In this document: piece after piece, positions 33,828 through 43,291 of the stretch | Layout: each line of letters begins with the position of its first letter | How positions within the stretch are numbered: position 1 is the stretch's first letter | NCBI GenBank assembly: GCA_963761335.1 | Contig: CAVXGR010000018.1 | Coordinates: 352,001 to 416,000, forward strand | Origin: an uncultured delta proteobacterium | GTDB lineage: Bacteria; Desulfobacterota; Binatia; HRBIN30; BPIQ01 | Length of the DNA stretch: 64,000 nucleotides | Direction of reading: 5' to 3' | Position numbers and translations under genes: made by a program | Notes under the pieces: model-generated | Seen by the model: the letters and a program-made list of their open reading frames with translations, nothing else | Database searches by the model: none | What the model was told of the DNA's origin: nothing

Positions 33828-34243
33828 CGCGCCCGCCCGCGGATGCCCCCGGCACGCCGCACGCCTTTCCGTTTCGGCTTCTCGATCGCGTCCTGGCGAC
33901 CACTCCGGGGCACCTCGCCGTGGGACTGAGGAATCTCAGCCGCGGCGATCCCCTGGTGAATGCAGAGGGATCGCTGCCGGCGGCTCTTCTCGCCGAAGCG
34001 ATGGCGCAGGTCGCCGGGGTCGCGGCCGCAGCGGGCGAGGCGGCGGCGGTGCTGGTGCGCATCGAACGGTTTCGCTGCCGGCGCCGGCCGCTTGCGGGGG
34101 AGCAGCTGTTGGTATCGGCGCAGGTTCTGCGGCGTTTCGGGGCACTGGTTCGCGTCCGCGGCGCGGTGCGCGTCGATGGGCGCCGGTGGGCGGCGGCGGA
34201 GCTGGTGCTGCACCTCGCCCCGGCGCAGGGCGGTACAGCGTGA
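33824..34243 (+). CDS. FabZ/FabA-like hot-dog dehydratase
   Basis: PHAFPFRLLDRV and LPAALLAEAMAQ; ATGA overlap with the upstream gene. Confidence 0.75.
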   Translation: MTRPPADAPGTPHAFPFRLLDRVLATTPGHLAVGLRNLSRGDPLVNAEGSLPAALLAEAMAQVAGVAAAAGEAAAVLVRIERFRCRRRPLAGEQLLVSAQVLRRFGALVRVRGAVRVDGRRWAAAELVLHLAPAQGGTA

Positions 34244-34989
34244 GCCGCGGGGGAGGGCGGATACTGGTCGCCGTCGCCGCCCTGCTCGGCGGCTGCGTGG
34301 CGGCGGCTCCGCCGATGCCGCCGCCGTCGCTCGCCGGCCTCGGTCCCCAGCAGCTTCTCGAAGCCGTACGCCGGCGCGAGAGCCGTGTGGAGTCGATGCG
34401 CGCCGTATTTCGCGCCGAGACCGAGAGCGGCAGCGAGCGGCGGTCTTCCGAGGGAGTCCTGCTGGTGCGCAAGCCGGATCGCTTCCGCATGCGCTTGATG
34501 ATGCCGCTTGGACTGACCGTTCTCGACTACGTGAGCTGGGGAGATCGGACGCAGCTGACGTTGCCGCTGCAGGATCGCGTGCTCACGGGTCCCGCCGCCG
34601 AGCAGCTCGGCCCATTCTCACGCCGCGACGTCGGCGAGGCCTTCCTGCGCGGCCGGCGCGCCTTTCCGGGACGATGCGAAGCGCGTCGCGAAGCCCCGGC
34701 CGTGCTCGTTATCTGTCGTGATCCCGGCGGATCCGTCCTGCGGCGAATGCGGATCGATGCGGCTACGGGTGCAATTCTCGAGGAGACCTCCTACGAAGAG
34801 GGCGCGCTGCGACTGCGCCTCACCTACGATGACTACCGCAGCGTTTCCGGTGCCTATCTGCCGTATCGGATCCAGCTCTCCTATCCACAGCGCTCGCTGT
34901 CGGTGCACATCGACGTCCTCCGCTACGAAGTAAACCCGCAGCTCGCGGACGCGCTGTTCGAGCCGCTGCTCCCCTGGAATCGAAAATGA
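34240..34989 (+). CDS. Lipoprotein with a LolA/LolB-like fold (DUF4292-like)
   Basis: Lipobox LLGGC; VRKPDRFRM; YDDYRSVSG..LP..I; GTGA overlap. Confidence 0.6.
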   Translation: MSRGGGRILVAVAALLGGCVAAAPPMPPPSLAGLGPQQLLEAVRRRESRVESMRAVFRAETESGSERRSSEGVLLVRKPDRFRMRLMMPLGLTVLDYVSWGDRTQLTLPLQDRVLTGPAAEQLGPFSRRDVGEAFLRGRRAFPGRCEARREAPAVLVICRDPGGSVLRRMRIDAATGAILEETSYEEGALRLRLTYDDYRSVSGAYLPYRIQLSYPQRSLSVHIDVLRYEVNPQLADALFEPLLPWNRK

Positions 34990-37466
34990 CCGCCTCGTGG
35001 CGCTGCTGGGTCGCCTGGATCGAGCGGCACCGCGTCGCGGTCGTCGTTGTCTCGGTGGCGCTCTGCCTTCTCTCTGCGGCATCGCTGACGCGCCTGCGCC
35101 TCGACCTCGATGTCCTCGGCATGCTGCCGCAAGGGGCTCCGGAGTTCGACAGCTTCAAGGCCTTCGTCGCTGACTTCGGCGAGCTGGACGAGCTCGTCGT
35201 CTTGCTCCGCGGCGCGTCGCTGCCGGAGATGGAGAGCTTCGCCGACCAGCTCGCCACTCGGCTGGAGCGCCTCGATTCAATCGACAGCGTGCACGAGCGC
35301 GTCGACGTCGAGGCCCTGCTCGACGGCATTCTCGGACGCTATCTGTTCAACTACCTCCCCGAGCAGGGCTACCGCGAGCTGGCCGATCGCCTCACGCCCG
35401 CCGGCATCGAAGCGCAGGTCGAGGCCGACCGAGCCGTGCTCGCCGCACCTCTCGATCTCAGCGCCGCCGGCGCCATCGTGGAAGACCCGCTGGGAGTACG
35501 GCGCATGGTCGCGGCGCGTCTCGCCCAGGCGGAGGGCAAGCTGGCGCCCGCGGAATCCAGCGGATACTTCGTCGCCCCTGGCGGGAGCGCTCTCCTGGTG
35601 CTGGTTCGCCCGCGGCAATCGGCTTTCGACGTGTCCTTCAGCGAGCGCCTGATGCGCCAGGTCCGCGAAGCGGAGGCCGACGTTCGGCGCGGCGGGGCGT
35701 GGGGGAATCTGCAGGTCGATTACACCGGCAGCTACGTTTACGCCCTCGAGGACGCGGCGACCATCAGGGGAGACGTGACCCGCTACTCCGTGCTGGCGCT
35801 GCTCGGTGTCCTCGGCGTCTTCTACATCGGCTATCGCGGTCTGCGCATCCTTCCGTTCGTGACCTATCCTTTGATCGTGACTACCTTGCTGACCTTCGCG
35901 TTCTCCGTGGTGCTCTTCGAGCAGCTGAATGCCGTGTCGATCAGCTTTGCGGCAATTCTCTACGGGCTGTCGATCGATTCGGGCATCCACTTCTATACGC
36001 GCCTCCAGCAGGAGCGCGGCCGCGGCGATCTGCGCCGGGCGGTGGAGCAAACGCTGGCGCATCTCGGCCGCGCCAACGTCGCCGCCTCGGCGACCACGGC
36101 GGCGGTGTTCGCCATCATCGCCTTCTCCGTTCTCGGGGCGGTGCGACAGCTCGGCATTCTCACGGCCATCGGCATGGTGCTCAACTCTCTCGAGTTCTTC
36201 ACGCTCTATCCGGCGCTGGCGTTCCTGTTGCTGCGAGGCGACGGCGGTGCGGCGCCGGCACTCGATACGCCCGGAATCGCTCGTATCGCTACGGGAGCAG
36301 CGCGCCACGCCCGCGTCGCGGCTGCGGTCGTCGCGGTGGCGGCGGTGGTGCTGCTGGCCCTCAGCGTCGATGTGGGCTTCGATGTGCACCTCGACCACCT
36401 GCGGCCGCGGGGCTCGGCGGCCGCACGGGTTCAGGCGGCGATCGCCGAACTGTTTGCCGGCGAGGAAATGAGCGGTGCGATCCTGGTGCGGCGACCCGGT
36501 CTCCAGCCCGCGCTGGAGGACAGCGAGGTTCTGGCGGGGGCGCTGGAGCACTATCGCCGCGACGGCCGACTCCAGGCGATGCAGAGCCTCGAGTCGGTGC
36601 TGCCGTCCGAACGCGTGCAGCGCGCGCGTCTGGCGGCCTATGCGCGCCTGCCACGCGCCGCCGCGGTTGGTTGGCTGCGGCAGTCGCTCCAGCGGAACGG
36701 TTTTGCTGTCGCCCCATTCGAGCCATTCCTGGCATCGTTCCGCGGCGATCGCACCGCGCTGGTGCACCTCGGCGATGCGGTGCTGGCGCCTGTGGCGGAG
36801 GTGATCGATCGTCACCTGCGCATGCGCCGCGGCGAGGCGATCGTGGCGACCTACGTGCAGCCTGCCGCACAGACCGATCTTGCGGAGATCGGTGCGCGTT
36901 TGCGGCAGGACGCGCCGGCGGTGCCTTTCGACGTCGCCGGGCGACCTCTTCTCGAGCAGAGGCTGGGGAAGGAGCTGAAGCGCGAGGCGAAATGGTTCCT
37001 GGTGCTGGCGCTGCTCGGAAATCTGGGCCTGCTGTTGCTCGGCCTTGGCAGCGCCGCGACGGCCCTGGCCGTCCTGGCACCGGTCGCCGTGGCCTTGTTG
37101 GCGGTGTTCGCCTGCATGTCGCTGCTCGGCATCACCCTCGATCCGGTGAACCTGACGGTCGTGCCACTGATCCTGGGGCTGGGAGTGGACGACGGCGTGT
37201 ACATTCTCGCCGTCACCGAGGAGACCGGAGACCTCACCACGGCCTTTCGGCGCGGCGGCCGGGCGCTCATCATCACCTCGCTCACCACGGTGGCGGGGTT
37301 CGGTTTTCTCGGTTTCTCGCGCTATCCCGCCCTGGCCACCATGGGGAGGCTGGCCGCTCTCGGATTGTTTCTGTGTATGGTGTTGACCATCACCGTCCTC
37401 CCCGCCTTGCTGGTCTTGGTCTCCCGGGGGCCGCTGACCGGCCAGAGCGCGATGAGGGGAAGGTGA
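34986..37466 (+). CDS. MMPL/RND family lipid exporter
   Basis: Two repeats with GLSIDSGIH and GLGVDDGVY TM4-type motifs; SLTTVAGFG.L..S.YP.L..MG. Confidence 0.88.
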   Translation: MTASWRCWVAWIERHRVAVVVVSVALCLLSAASLTRLRLDLDVLGMLPQGAPEFDSFKAFVADFGELDELVVLLRGASLPEMESFADQLATRLERLDSIDSVHERVDVEALLDGILGRYLFNYLPEQGYRELADRLTPAGIEAQVEADRAVLAAPLDLSAAGAIVEDPLGVRRMVAARLAQAEGKLAPAESSGYFVAPGGSALLVLVRPRQSAFDVSFSERLMRQVREAEADVRRGGAWGNLQVDYTGSYVYALEDAATIRGDVTRYSVLALLGVLGVFYIGYRGLRILPFVTYPLIVTTLLTFAFSVVLFEQLNAVSISFAAILYGLSIDSGIHFYTRLQQERGRGDLRRAVEQTLAHLGRANVAASATTAAVFAIIAFSVLGAVRQLGILTAIGMVLNSLEFFTLYPALAFLLLRGDGGAAPALDTPGIARIATGAARHARVAAAVVAVAAVVLLALSVDVGFDVHLDHLRPRGSAAARVQAAIAELFAGEEMSGAILVRRPGLQPALEDSEVLAGALEHYRRDGRLQAMQSLESVLPSERVQRARLAAYARLPRAAAVGWLRQSLQRNGFAVAPFEPFLASFRGDRTALVHLGDAVLAPVAEVIDRHLRMRRGEAIVATYVQPAAQTDLAEIGARLRQDAPAVPFDVAGRPLLEQRLGKELKREAKWFLVLALLGNLGLLLLGLGSAATALAVLAPVAVALLAVFACMSLLGITLDPVNLTVVPLILGLGVDDGVYILAVTEETGDLTTAFRRGGRALIITSLTTVAGFGFLGFSRYPALATMGRLAALGLFLCMVLTITVLPALLVLVSRGPLTGQSAMRGR

Positions 37467-38434
37467 AGCGGCCGAACGCGATGTCACCTCGCCTACTGCT
37501 CGTCCACAATCCCCACTGTGTGGCTCGCTCCGGCTCCCCCCTGTGGGAGGCGGCGGTGTCGGCGCTGCATGCGCGGGCCTCCGCGTGCGCCTCGGTGGGG
37601 ACGCAGGGGGATGGTGGGGACGCGGAACGCATCGCGGGGGCCATCGCCGCGAGTGCTCCCGAGGTCGTGGTCGCTGCCGGCGGCGACGGCACCGCGAGCG
37701 ACGTCGTCCATGCAGTGCTCGCCTCGGCGGCATCGCCGAAACCGGACGTGGCGCTGTTTCCTCTCGGCACCGGCAACAACGCGGCACGCTCGCTGGGAAT
37801 GCGCTCGTGCCACAGCGCCGATCCGACCGCCTTCGATCTCGCCGTGGAGGCGGCGCTGGCGGGTCGCTCACGCCCCACCGACGTCGGCCGCCTCGGCCAG
37901 CGGCACTTCATCGGCTCGGCAGCCGTCGGCATGGACGCCGACATTCTCCATCTCCGCAACCGCCTGCGCTCCCGGCTGGCCGGGGAGAGCCGCATTGGTG
38001 GCTATCCCCTCTACCTGGCGAGCTGCGGCTTGAATCTCTTCCGTTCGCACGGGGGCTCGGCGCGGTTGACGGTGGACGGGACCGAGAGCCGCGCCCGAGT
38101 GTACAACCTGCTGATCGCCAACACCGCTCTGTACGCCGGCGAGTTTCGTTTTGACGCCGCCGAGAGCTCCGACGATGGCTGCCTCGACGTGCTCGTCTTT
38201 CGCGGCGCGATCGACTACGTCGCCGGCTTCGTATCCGCGTGGCGGCGCCACCTGCGCCATGGCCGCGGCCGCCCGGTTCGACCCGACCGGCGCCTCCGCC
38301 GCGTCCGCCAGCTGACGGTTCAGCTCGAGGCGCCGCTGGCCTGCCAGCTCGACGGCGAGGAGATCGAGCCCCGTGCCGAGCTCGCGTTCGACGTTCTACC
38401 GGGCGCCGTGCGCGTGCGTGTCCCGCGGAGCTGA
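37463..38434 (+). CDS. Diacylglycerol/lipid kinase family protein (YegS-like)
   Basis: HNP, AAGGDGT, PLGTGNNAARSLG, VGMDA, DDG.LDV, QLDGE; start 37463 (GTG) or 37481 (ATG). Confidence 0.85.
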   Translation: MKRPNAMSPRLLLVHNPHCVARSGSPLWEAAVSALHARASACASVGTQGDGGDAERIAGAIAASAPEVVVAAGGDGTASDVVHAVLASAASPKPDVALFPLGTGNNAARSLGMRSCHSADPTAFDLAVEAALAGRSRPTDVGRLGQRHFIGSAAVGMDADILHLRNRLRSRLAGESRIGGYPLYLASCGLNLFRSHGGSARLTVDGTESRARVYNLLIANTALYAGEFRFDAAESSDDGCLDVLVFRGAIDYVAGFVSAWRRHLRHGRGRPVRPDRRLRRVRQLTVQLEAPLACQLDGEEIEPRAELAFDVLPGAVRVRVPRS

Positions 38435-38473
38435 GCGGGAGAAGAACGGCGGGCTCGGCCATTCTCCTCCCGC
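38435..38473. terminator. Hairpin between convergent genes (possible bidirectional terminator)
   Basis: GCGGGAGAAGAACGGC-N7-GCCATTCTCCTCCCGC, 14/16 complementary; no clear U tract. Confidence 0.45.
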
Positions 38474-38481
38474 GGCGCGGA

Positions 38482-40380
38482 TCAGATGACGTACTCGAGC
38501 TGGAACATGACGTTGTCGCGGTCGCGCAGCAGGCTCACACCGCTGTTTCCCAGGAGGGAGGCGGCGTCGAGGATGTCGTATGACACCGTGAAGCGGAACG
38601 GGTCTCGCAGCATGGTCACCGCCGGGATGTAGGTGAAGGCACCGCTCCAATCATAGAAGAAGGTGAAGCTGGGCTCCCACTGCGCTCCCCAGGCGAGATA
38701 CGAGGTGGTGACGAAGAGCGTTTGCAGGAACTGGTCGGCCTGGCTGCGCACGAAGACCGGCCGAATGGCCCCGAGGCTCGGCTGCTGAGAGAGCACGTAG
38801 GCCCCCGCGACCGGCAATACCATGTCGTCGGGAGCGTTCTTGATGTGCTTGTAGAAGAACTGCGTCGAGATCAGGAAGCTGTTGCGCTTGTTGAGGGGGC
38901 GGACGAACTGGTTCAGATCCATGCCGACGACGAAGTTGATGGAATCTCGCGTCAGCGTGCCGCCGGTGTTCGGACCTTTGCCGCCACCGGCCGGGAAATG
39001 ATAGGTGAAGGGATCGAGCTGGCTCTGGCTGTACGCCGGCTCATCCTTGAAGTAGGCCAGCTCGGAGCGAATGATCGGCTCGCCGCTCAGATAGATTTTT
39101 CGGGAGAGACTCACCGGCACCGCGAAGCTCGCCGTGGCGCCGCTCACCTGCATGCGGGCGGGCACCTGTACGGCATAGGCGGTGGGGCCGACGACTGCGT
39201 ACTGGCCCGGTCCGAGATTGTTGGGTTGGTCGATGGGGACATTGAGAACCGGAGCCGGACAGCCGGGAAGCTGGGCGTTCGAACGCGTCGAGATCTTCTG
39301 GGCCGGAAAGTCGTTGGCAACGCACGTCTGCACCTTCGGATTGTCGGCGAAGGTGTAGTAATGGGCGAGACTCCAGGTCACGTCGAAGGCGTTGAAGACC
39401 AGGCGGGCGCCGCCGCGGGTGTTGCCGATGGTGCGCGTCGGGCGATAGATGAAATCCCAGGTCTGTCCGGGAGGGATGCCTCCCCAGGTGCCCGCGTTCG
39501 GCAGCGTCCACGGCGACCCCGGAGTCGTTCCGGGATAGTACGAGACCGAGTTGTCGAAGGCGGCGTAGGCCTCGAGGTACGCCTGTGAAACCTCGTCGCC
39601 GACGTCGCCGATGTAGTAGCTGGTGCGGATCATGTCGAGCGGCACGCGCCGCTCGTCGAGGTCGATGAGAAATCCGCCAAAGCTGGAGTCGATGGGGTTG
39701 ATGTTGTCCATCAGACGGAAGTTGTCGGTCTCGCCCCAGACGAGGATCTGTCGCCCGGCGCGCACGAACAGGCTACCCAGCTCCATGTCGATGTAGGCCT
39801 GGAACAGCCGATTTCGATTCGAGGCACGCCGGTGCAGGATGCTGCGGTTCAAGGCGATATCGGGACAGATCCCCAGGGTGCAGGTGTTCGGCGGATTATA
39901 CGTGCCGCTGGCATCCTCGAGCAGAGACAGGTACTGCTCGCGGGTGCGGTACTCCGCTGGACCCCAGTCGTAGATGCCGTCCCCCTCGCCGCGATAGGCC
40001 AGGAAGTACTTCAGCTTGGTGACCTTGAAGGGCAAGTCGTTGAGCAGCGCCAGCGGTCCGAATCCCTTGCGCATGAGCTCGGTCACGTCGTGCTCGAAGT
40101 CGGCCTCCAGGAAGAAGCGATTCTGCCGGAGGTGGCCGGCGGGCGAGTGCGGGAACGTCTGGGAGATCTGCGAGAACACCGGCCCAGTGCCCGGGATGTT
40201 CTCGCGGAAGATGGTCTGGTCGGTGGCTTCAGTGCCGACGCGCGCGTTGGCGTAGGCGCGCAAGCCCAACTTGATGGTGCCTCCCTCGTCCAGATAGTAG
40301 CCGTGCGCCGCAGGGCCCCAGATGACGACCAGGGCCGTGAGCGCACAGGCGATGCGAGCTGCCCGGGAAAGACCTTTCAT
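38482..40380 (-). CDS. DUF1302-like outer-membrane beta-barrel protein
   Basis: Signal peptide; RAGRQILVWGETD..R.MD.INP.D; C-terminal RDRDNVMFQLEYVI; paired with a DUF1329 gene. Confidence 0.7.
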   Translation of the reverse strand: MKGLSRAARIACALTALVVIWGPAAHGYYLDEGGTIKLGLRAYANARVGTEATDQTIFRENIPGTGPVFSQISQTFPHSPAGHLRQNRFFLEADFEHDVTELMRKGFGPLALLNDLPFKVTKLKYFLAYRGEGDGIYDWGPAEYRTREQYLSLLEDASGTYNPPNTCTLGICPDIALNRSILHRRASNRNRLFQAYIDMELGSLFVRAGRQILVWGETDNFRLMDNINPIDSSFGGFLIDLDERRVPLDMIRTSYYIGDVGDEVSQAYLEAYAAFDNSVSYYPGTTPGSPWTLPNAGTWGGIPPGQTWDFIYRPTRTIGNTRGGARLVFNAFDVTWSLAHYYTFADNPKVQTCVANDFPAQKISTRSNAQLPGCPAPVLNVPIDQPNNLGPGQYAVVGPTAYAVQVPARMQVSGATASFAVPVSLSRKIYLSGEPIIRSELAYFKDEPAYSQSQLDPFTYHFPAGGGKGPNTGGTLTRDSINFVVGMDLNQFVRPLNKRNSFLISTQFFYKHIKNAPDDMVLPVAGAYVLSQQPSLGAIRPVFVRSQADQFLQTLFVTTSYLAWGAQWEPSFTFFYDWSGAFTYIPAVTMLRDPFRFTVSYDILDAASLLGNSGVSLLRDRDNVMFQLEYVI

Positions 40381-40581
40381 GCGACACCCTCCTCCTCTGC
40401 CAGCTCCACCTCGGCAATCTTCCGGCACTCCTCGCCGAGGCCGTGGCACAGTGCATGCCGATCGCATCAGCTCGGTCGGCTATCGCTTCCGGTTCCCTCA
40501 CTTCGCGAAACCCACAACCGCAGAATCTGACTTCCACAAAACGCGGTGTCTCGCAAACCCCACATCCTGGACCGCCGCACG

Positions 40582-41886
40582 TCAGTCTCCCAGGCGCACC
40601 AGGTGCTGCAAGCTGAAGTAGCTGTCCGGGTACTTGCGCTCGATGAACTGCGACTTGTACCGACCCGCCAGCGTGGCGCGATTCGCCTTGTCGTTCACGG
40701 CGATGACCATGTTCGGCGTCACGGCGGTGAAGGTGCCGTCGTCGTTGGTGGAGAAATGGTAGGCGCAGGCGGCATTGTAGAAGTACTCCCCGGCGCGATT
40801 GTGCACCAGCTTCCACCAGATGCGGTACATGTCCTTGTCCATGTACATGATGACCTTGCCGAAGTTGTAGTAGGGATCATCCGACTCTCCCTGGAGGATC
40901 CACACCGGACGGGGGACCATCACCAGGTTCTCGACCACGTTCCAGGGAACCCCCTTGGCTCCGGGAGTCTCGTAGGCGGCCTTGAAGTAGGGAATCTCGA
41001 TCTCGGCGCGGTGGTCGTTGATCCAGTGCTGCTTGAGCGGCTTGGGTGAGAGCATCGGCGCCAGGACCTGGCCTTCGCCGATCAGCTTCCACTTGTAGTA
41101 CTCGACCTTGCCGCCGTAGCAGTTCAGGTCGTCGGCGAAGATGTCGAGGCCGCCGACCGGGTCGGAGCGCGTGGCGGCGTTGATGCGCCGCACCCGCCGG
41201 GTGGTCGGTACATAGGCCCATTCCTCGTCCTGAGAGGTCCAGTCGTTCAGGCGTTTGGTCAGACCGGCGACGCCGTCGATGTCCTGCGGCTCGATGGCGT
41301 GCGACATGTCCTCGTAGCGCAGTCCCTCGGGATTGGGAATCGGGCCGCCGGTGCGGCCGAGATAATAATTGAAGTGCAACCACAGCTTGAGGCGCTTGAA
41401 CTCACCCGTCTTGTCGAGGCCGTTGAGGGTGAAGGTGGCGCCGGCGCCCTCGATCATGGCGTTGGCGGCCTCGAAATTCCACGCCATCTTGCAGGCGGCC
41501 CGCGGCTCCTTGGGATCCACGTGGAGAAACGGATAGCCGTAATAGAAGTCCGGCATCTTTCCCGTCTTCACGTCCTTCAGGCCACACGTCGCGGCGTCGA
41601 CGTCGTACTTTCCGGCATTCTCCTCGCTGGCCTGCCAGAACTTCTCCGAGTAGTTGTGCTTGAACTGCTCCGGGTCGACGGTCTCCACCTTGTACCAGTA
41701 GTCGCCGTTCTTCACCCGGTTGAGCACCACTTCCGGCAGCAGGTCCTTGGCCTGTTGCCAGTTGTTGCTGTTGAGGATCCAGGACTTCCCCGTCTCCTCG
41801 GCTACGGCAGGTACGCTCAGCGCGACCGCAGCGGCAAGAGCGACTGCTGCAATCCGCACCATGTTGCCTCTCCCAAGCGTCATCAC
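40582..41886 (-). CDS. DUF1329-like periplasmic protein (LolA-like superfamily)
   Basis: Signal peptide; GYPF, WNF, WAYVPTTRRVRR, DD..C..G, PYYNFGK motifs. Confidence 0.75.
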   Translation of the reverse strand: MMTLGRGNMVRIAAVALAAAVALSVPAVAEETGKSWILNSNNWQQAKDLLPEVVLNRVKNGDYWYKVETVDPEQFKHNYSEKFWQASEENAGKYDVDAATCGLKDVKTGKMPDFYYGYPFLHVDPKEPRAACKMAWNFEAANAMIEGAGATFTLNGLDKTGEFKRLKLWLHFNYYLGRTGGPIPNPEGLRYEDMSHAIEPQDIDGVAGLTKRLNDWTSQDEEWAYVPTTRRVRRINAATRSDPVGGLDIFADDLNCYGGKVEYYKWKLIGEGQVLAPMLSPKPLKQHWINDHRAEIEIPYFKAAYETPGAKGVPWNVVENLVMVPRPVWILQGESDDPYYNFGKVIMYMDKDMYRIWWKLVHNRAGEYFYNAACAYHFSTNDDGTFTAVTPNMVIAVNDKANRATLAGRYKSQFIERKYPDSYFSLQHLVRLGD

Positions 41887-42069
41887 ATGAGCCTCCCCGG
41901 TTCCCTACCCTTTCAACAGGCGTGCCTCGCGTCAAGCCTGTCGAACTCAAAAGGCGATCGGCCGGATTCTGGAAAATGGAGAGGGACAACGCAGTCGATT
42001 CCCACGGTTGGGAGGGCGCCCGCAGCATTGCGGCTGCGGCCGGGGGGTGACATTGTGGGCCCGCGATCC

Positions 42070-43284
42070 ATGAGCGAGTCTCTTCGACCCAGGGCATTCG
42101 TCACCGGTTGCGGCGCCCTCTCGCCCTTGGGCGAAGGGGTCCCGGCCTTCTGGGAAGGGCTTCTCGAAGGGCGCAGCGGCCTGCGAGCGATCGACTCCTT
42201 TCCGCCTGCGGGGCATCTGCACCCGATGGCGGGGGAGGTTCCCGACTTCGACAGCGACCGCCATTTCACGCCGGCCGAAGCTGCCCGACTGGATCGTCTG
42301 AGCCAGTTCGCCATGGTGGCGGTGCGCGAGGCGCTCGCCGATGCTGCCGTGGACCTGGCGAGGATCGATCGCTGCCGGATGGGCGTGGTGATCGCCACCA
42401 CCCTCGGCGGCATGCGCGTGGGTGAGGAATATCTGCGCGGCGCCGCCGGCTTCGACCTTCGCCGCCTGCTGCGGGTGCCCTATTTCGCGCTGGCGGCGAC
42501 CGTGGCGCGCGAGCTCGGGTCGCGCGGACCCGTGCTGAGCCCCTCGATCGCCTGCGCCTCGGGAACCCATGCGGTCGGCCTGGCCCTCGAGCTCATCCGC
42601 CGGGGGCAGGGAGACCTCTTCGTGGTCGGCGGCGCCGAGACCGTTTGCTCGTTCGTGGTCAGCGGCTTCGACTGCCTGCGCGCCACCACCGCGGAGGCGG
42701 TGCGCCCGTTCGATGCGCGCCGCAGCGGCCTCTTGGTGGGCGAGGGCGCCGCCATTCTCGTCGTCGAGTCCGAAGAGCACGCCCGGGCCCGCGGCGCGGT
42801 GATCGACGTGGAGGTTGCCGGCAGCGGCCTCGCCGGCGATGCGGTGCACATGACGGCGCCAGCGCGCGATGGCGCCGGCGCGGCGCGCGCCATGCGCGCC
42901 GCGCTGCAGGACGCGGCTGTCGACGTCCGCCAGCTGGATTTCATCAGCGCTCATGGCACCGGCACGGTGTACAACGATGCCATGGAGATCGCCGCCATCG
43001 GCGCCGTGCTCGGCGAGCACCGGGGGCGCGTGCCGGTGAACTCGATCAAGGGCGCCATCGGCCACACGCTCGGTGCCGCCGGGGCCTTCGAGGCCATTCT
43101 CTGCGCCCAGGCTCTGCGCTACGGGCTCATTCCGCCGACGGTGAGCTGCGAGATCCTCGACCCGGAATGCGACCTCGACGTGGTCCGCGGCGCGGCGCGC
43201 CGCGCCGCCCTGCGGGTGGTGCTGTCGACCTCGTCGGCGTTTGCCGGCAACAATGCGGCGTTGGTCCTGCGCCGCGCGCAGTGA
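42070..43284 (+). CDS. Beta-ketoacyl-ACP synthase (active KS, FabF-like) 1
   Basis: Cys-His-His triad: IACASG, SAHGTGT, GHTLGAAG; AFAGNN. Confidence 0.9.
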   Translation: MSESLRPRAFVTGCGALSPLGEGVPAFWEGLLEGRSGLRAIDSFPPAGHLHPMAGEVPDFDSDRHFTPAEAARLDRLSQFAMVAVREALADAAVDLARIDRCRMGVVIATTLGGMRVGEEYLRGAAGFDLRRLLRVPYFALAATVARELGSRGPVLSPSIACASGTHAVGLALELIRRGQGDLFVVGGAETVCSFVVSGFDCLRATTAEAVRPFDARRSGLLVGEGAAILVVESEEHARARGAVIDVEVAGSGLAGDAVHMTAPARDGAGAARAMRAALQDAAVDVRQLDFISAHGTGTVYNDAMEIAAIGAVLGEHRGRVPVNSIKGAIGHTLGAAGAFEAILCAQALRYGLIPPTVSCEILDPECDLDVVRGAARRAALRVVLSTSSAFAGNNAALVLRRAQ

Positions 43285-43291
43285 AGAGGCG

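Noticed and set aside
40444..40460. GG-N10-GC motif readable on both strands (TGGCACAGTGCATGCC / CGGCATGCACTGTGCC) upstream of DUF1302
   Set aside because: The better -24 match points antisense, and neither orientation has TTGC; may be chance in high-GC DNA.
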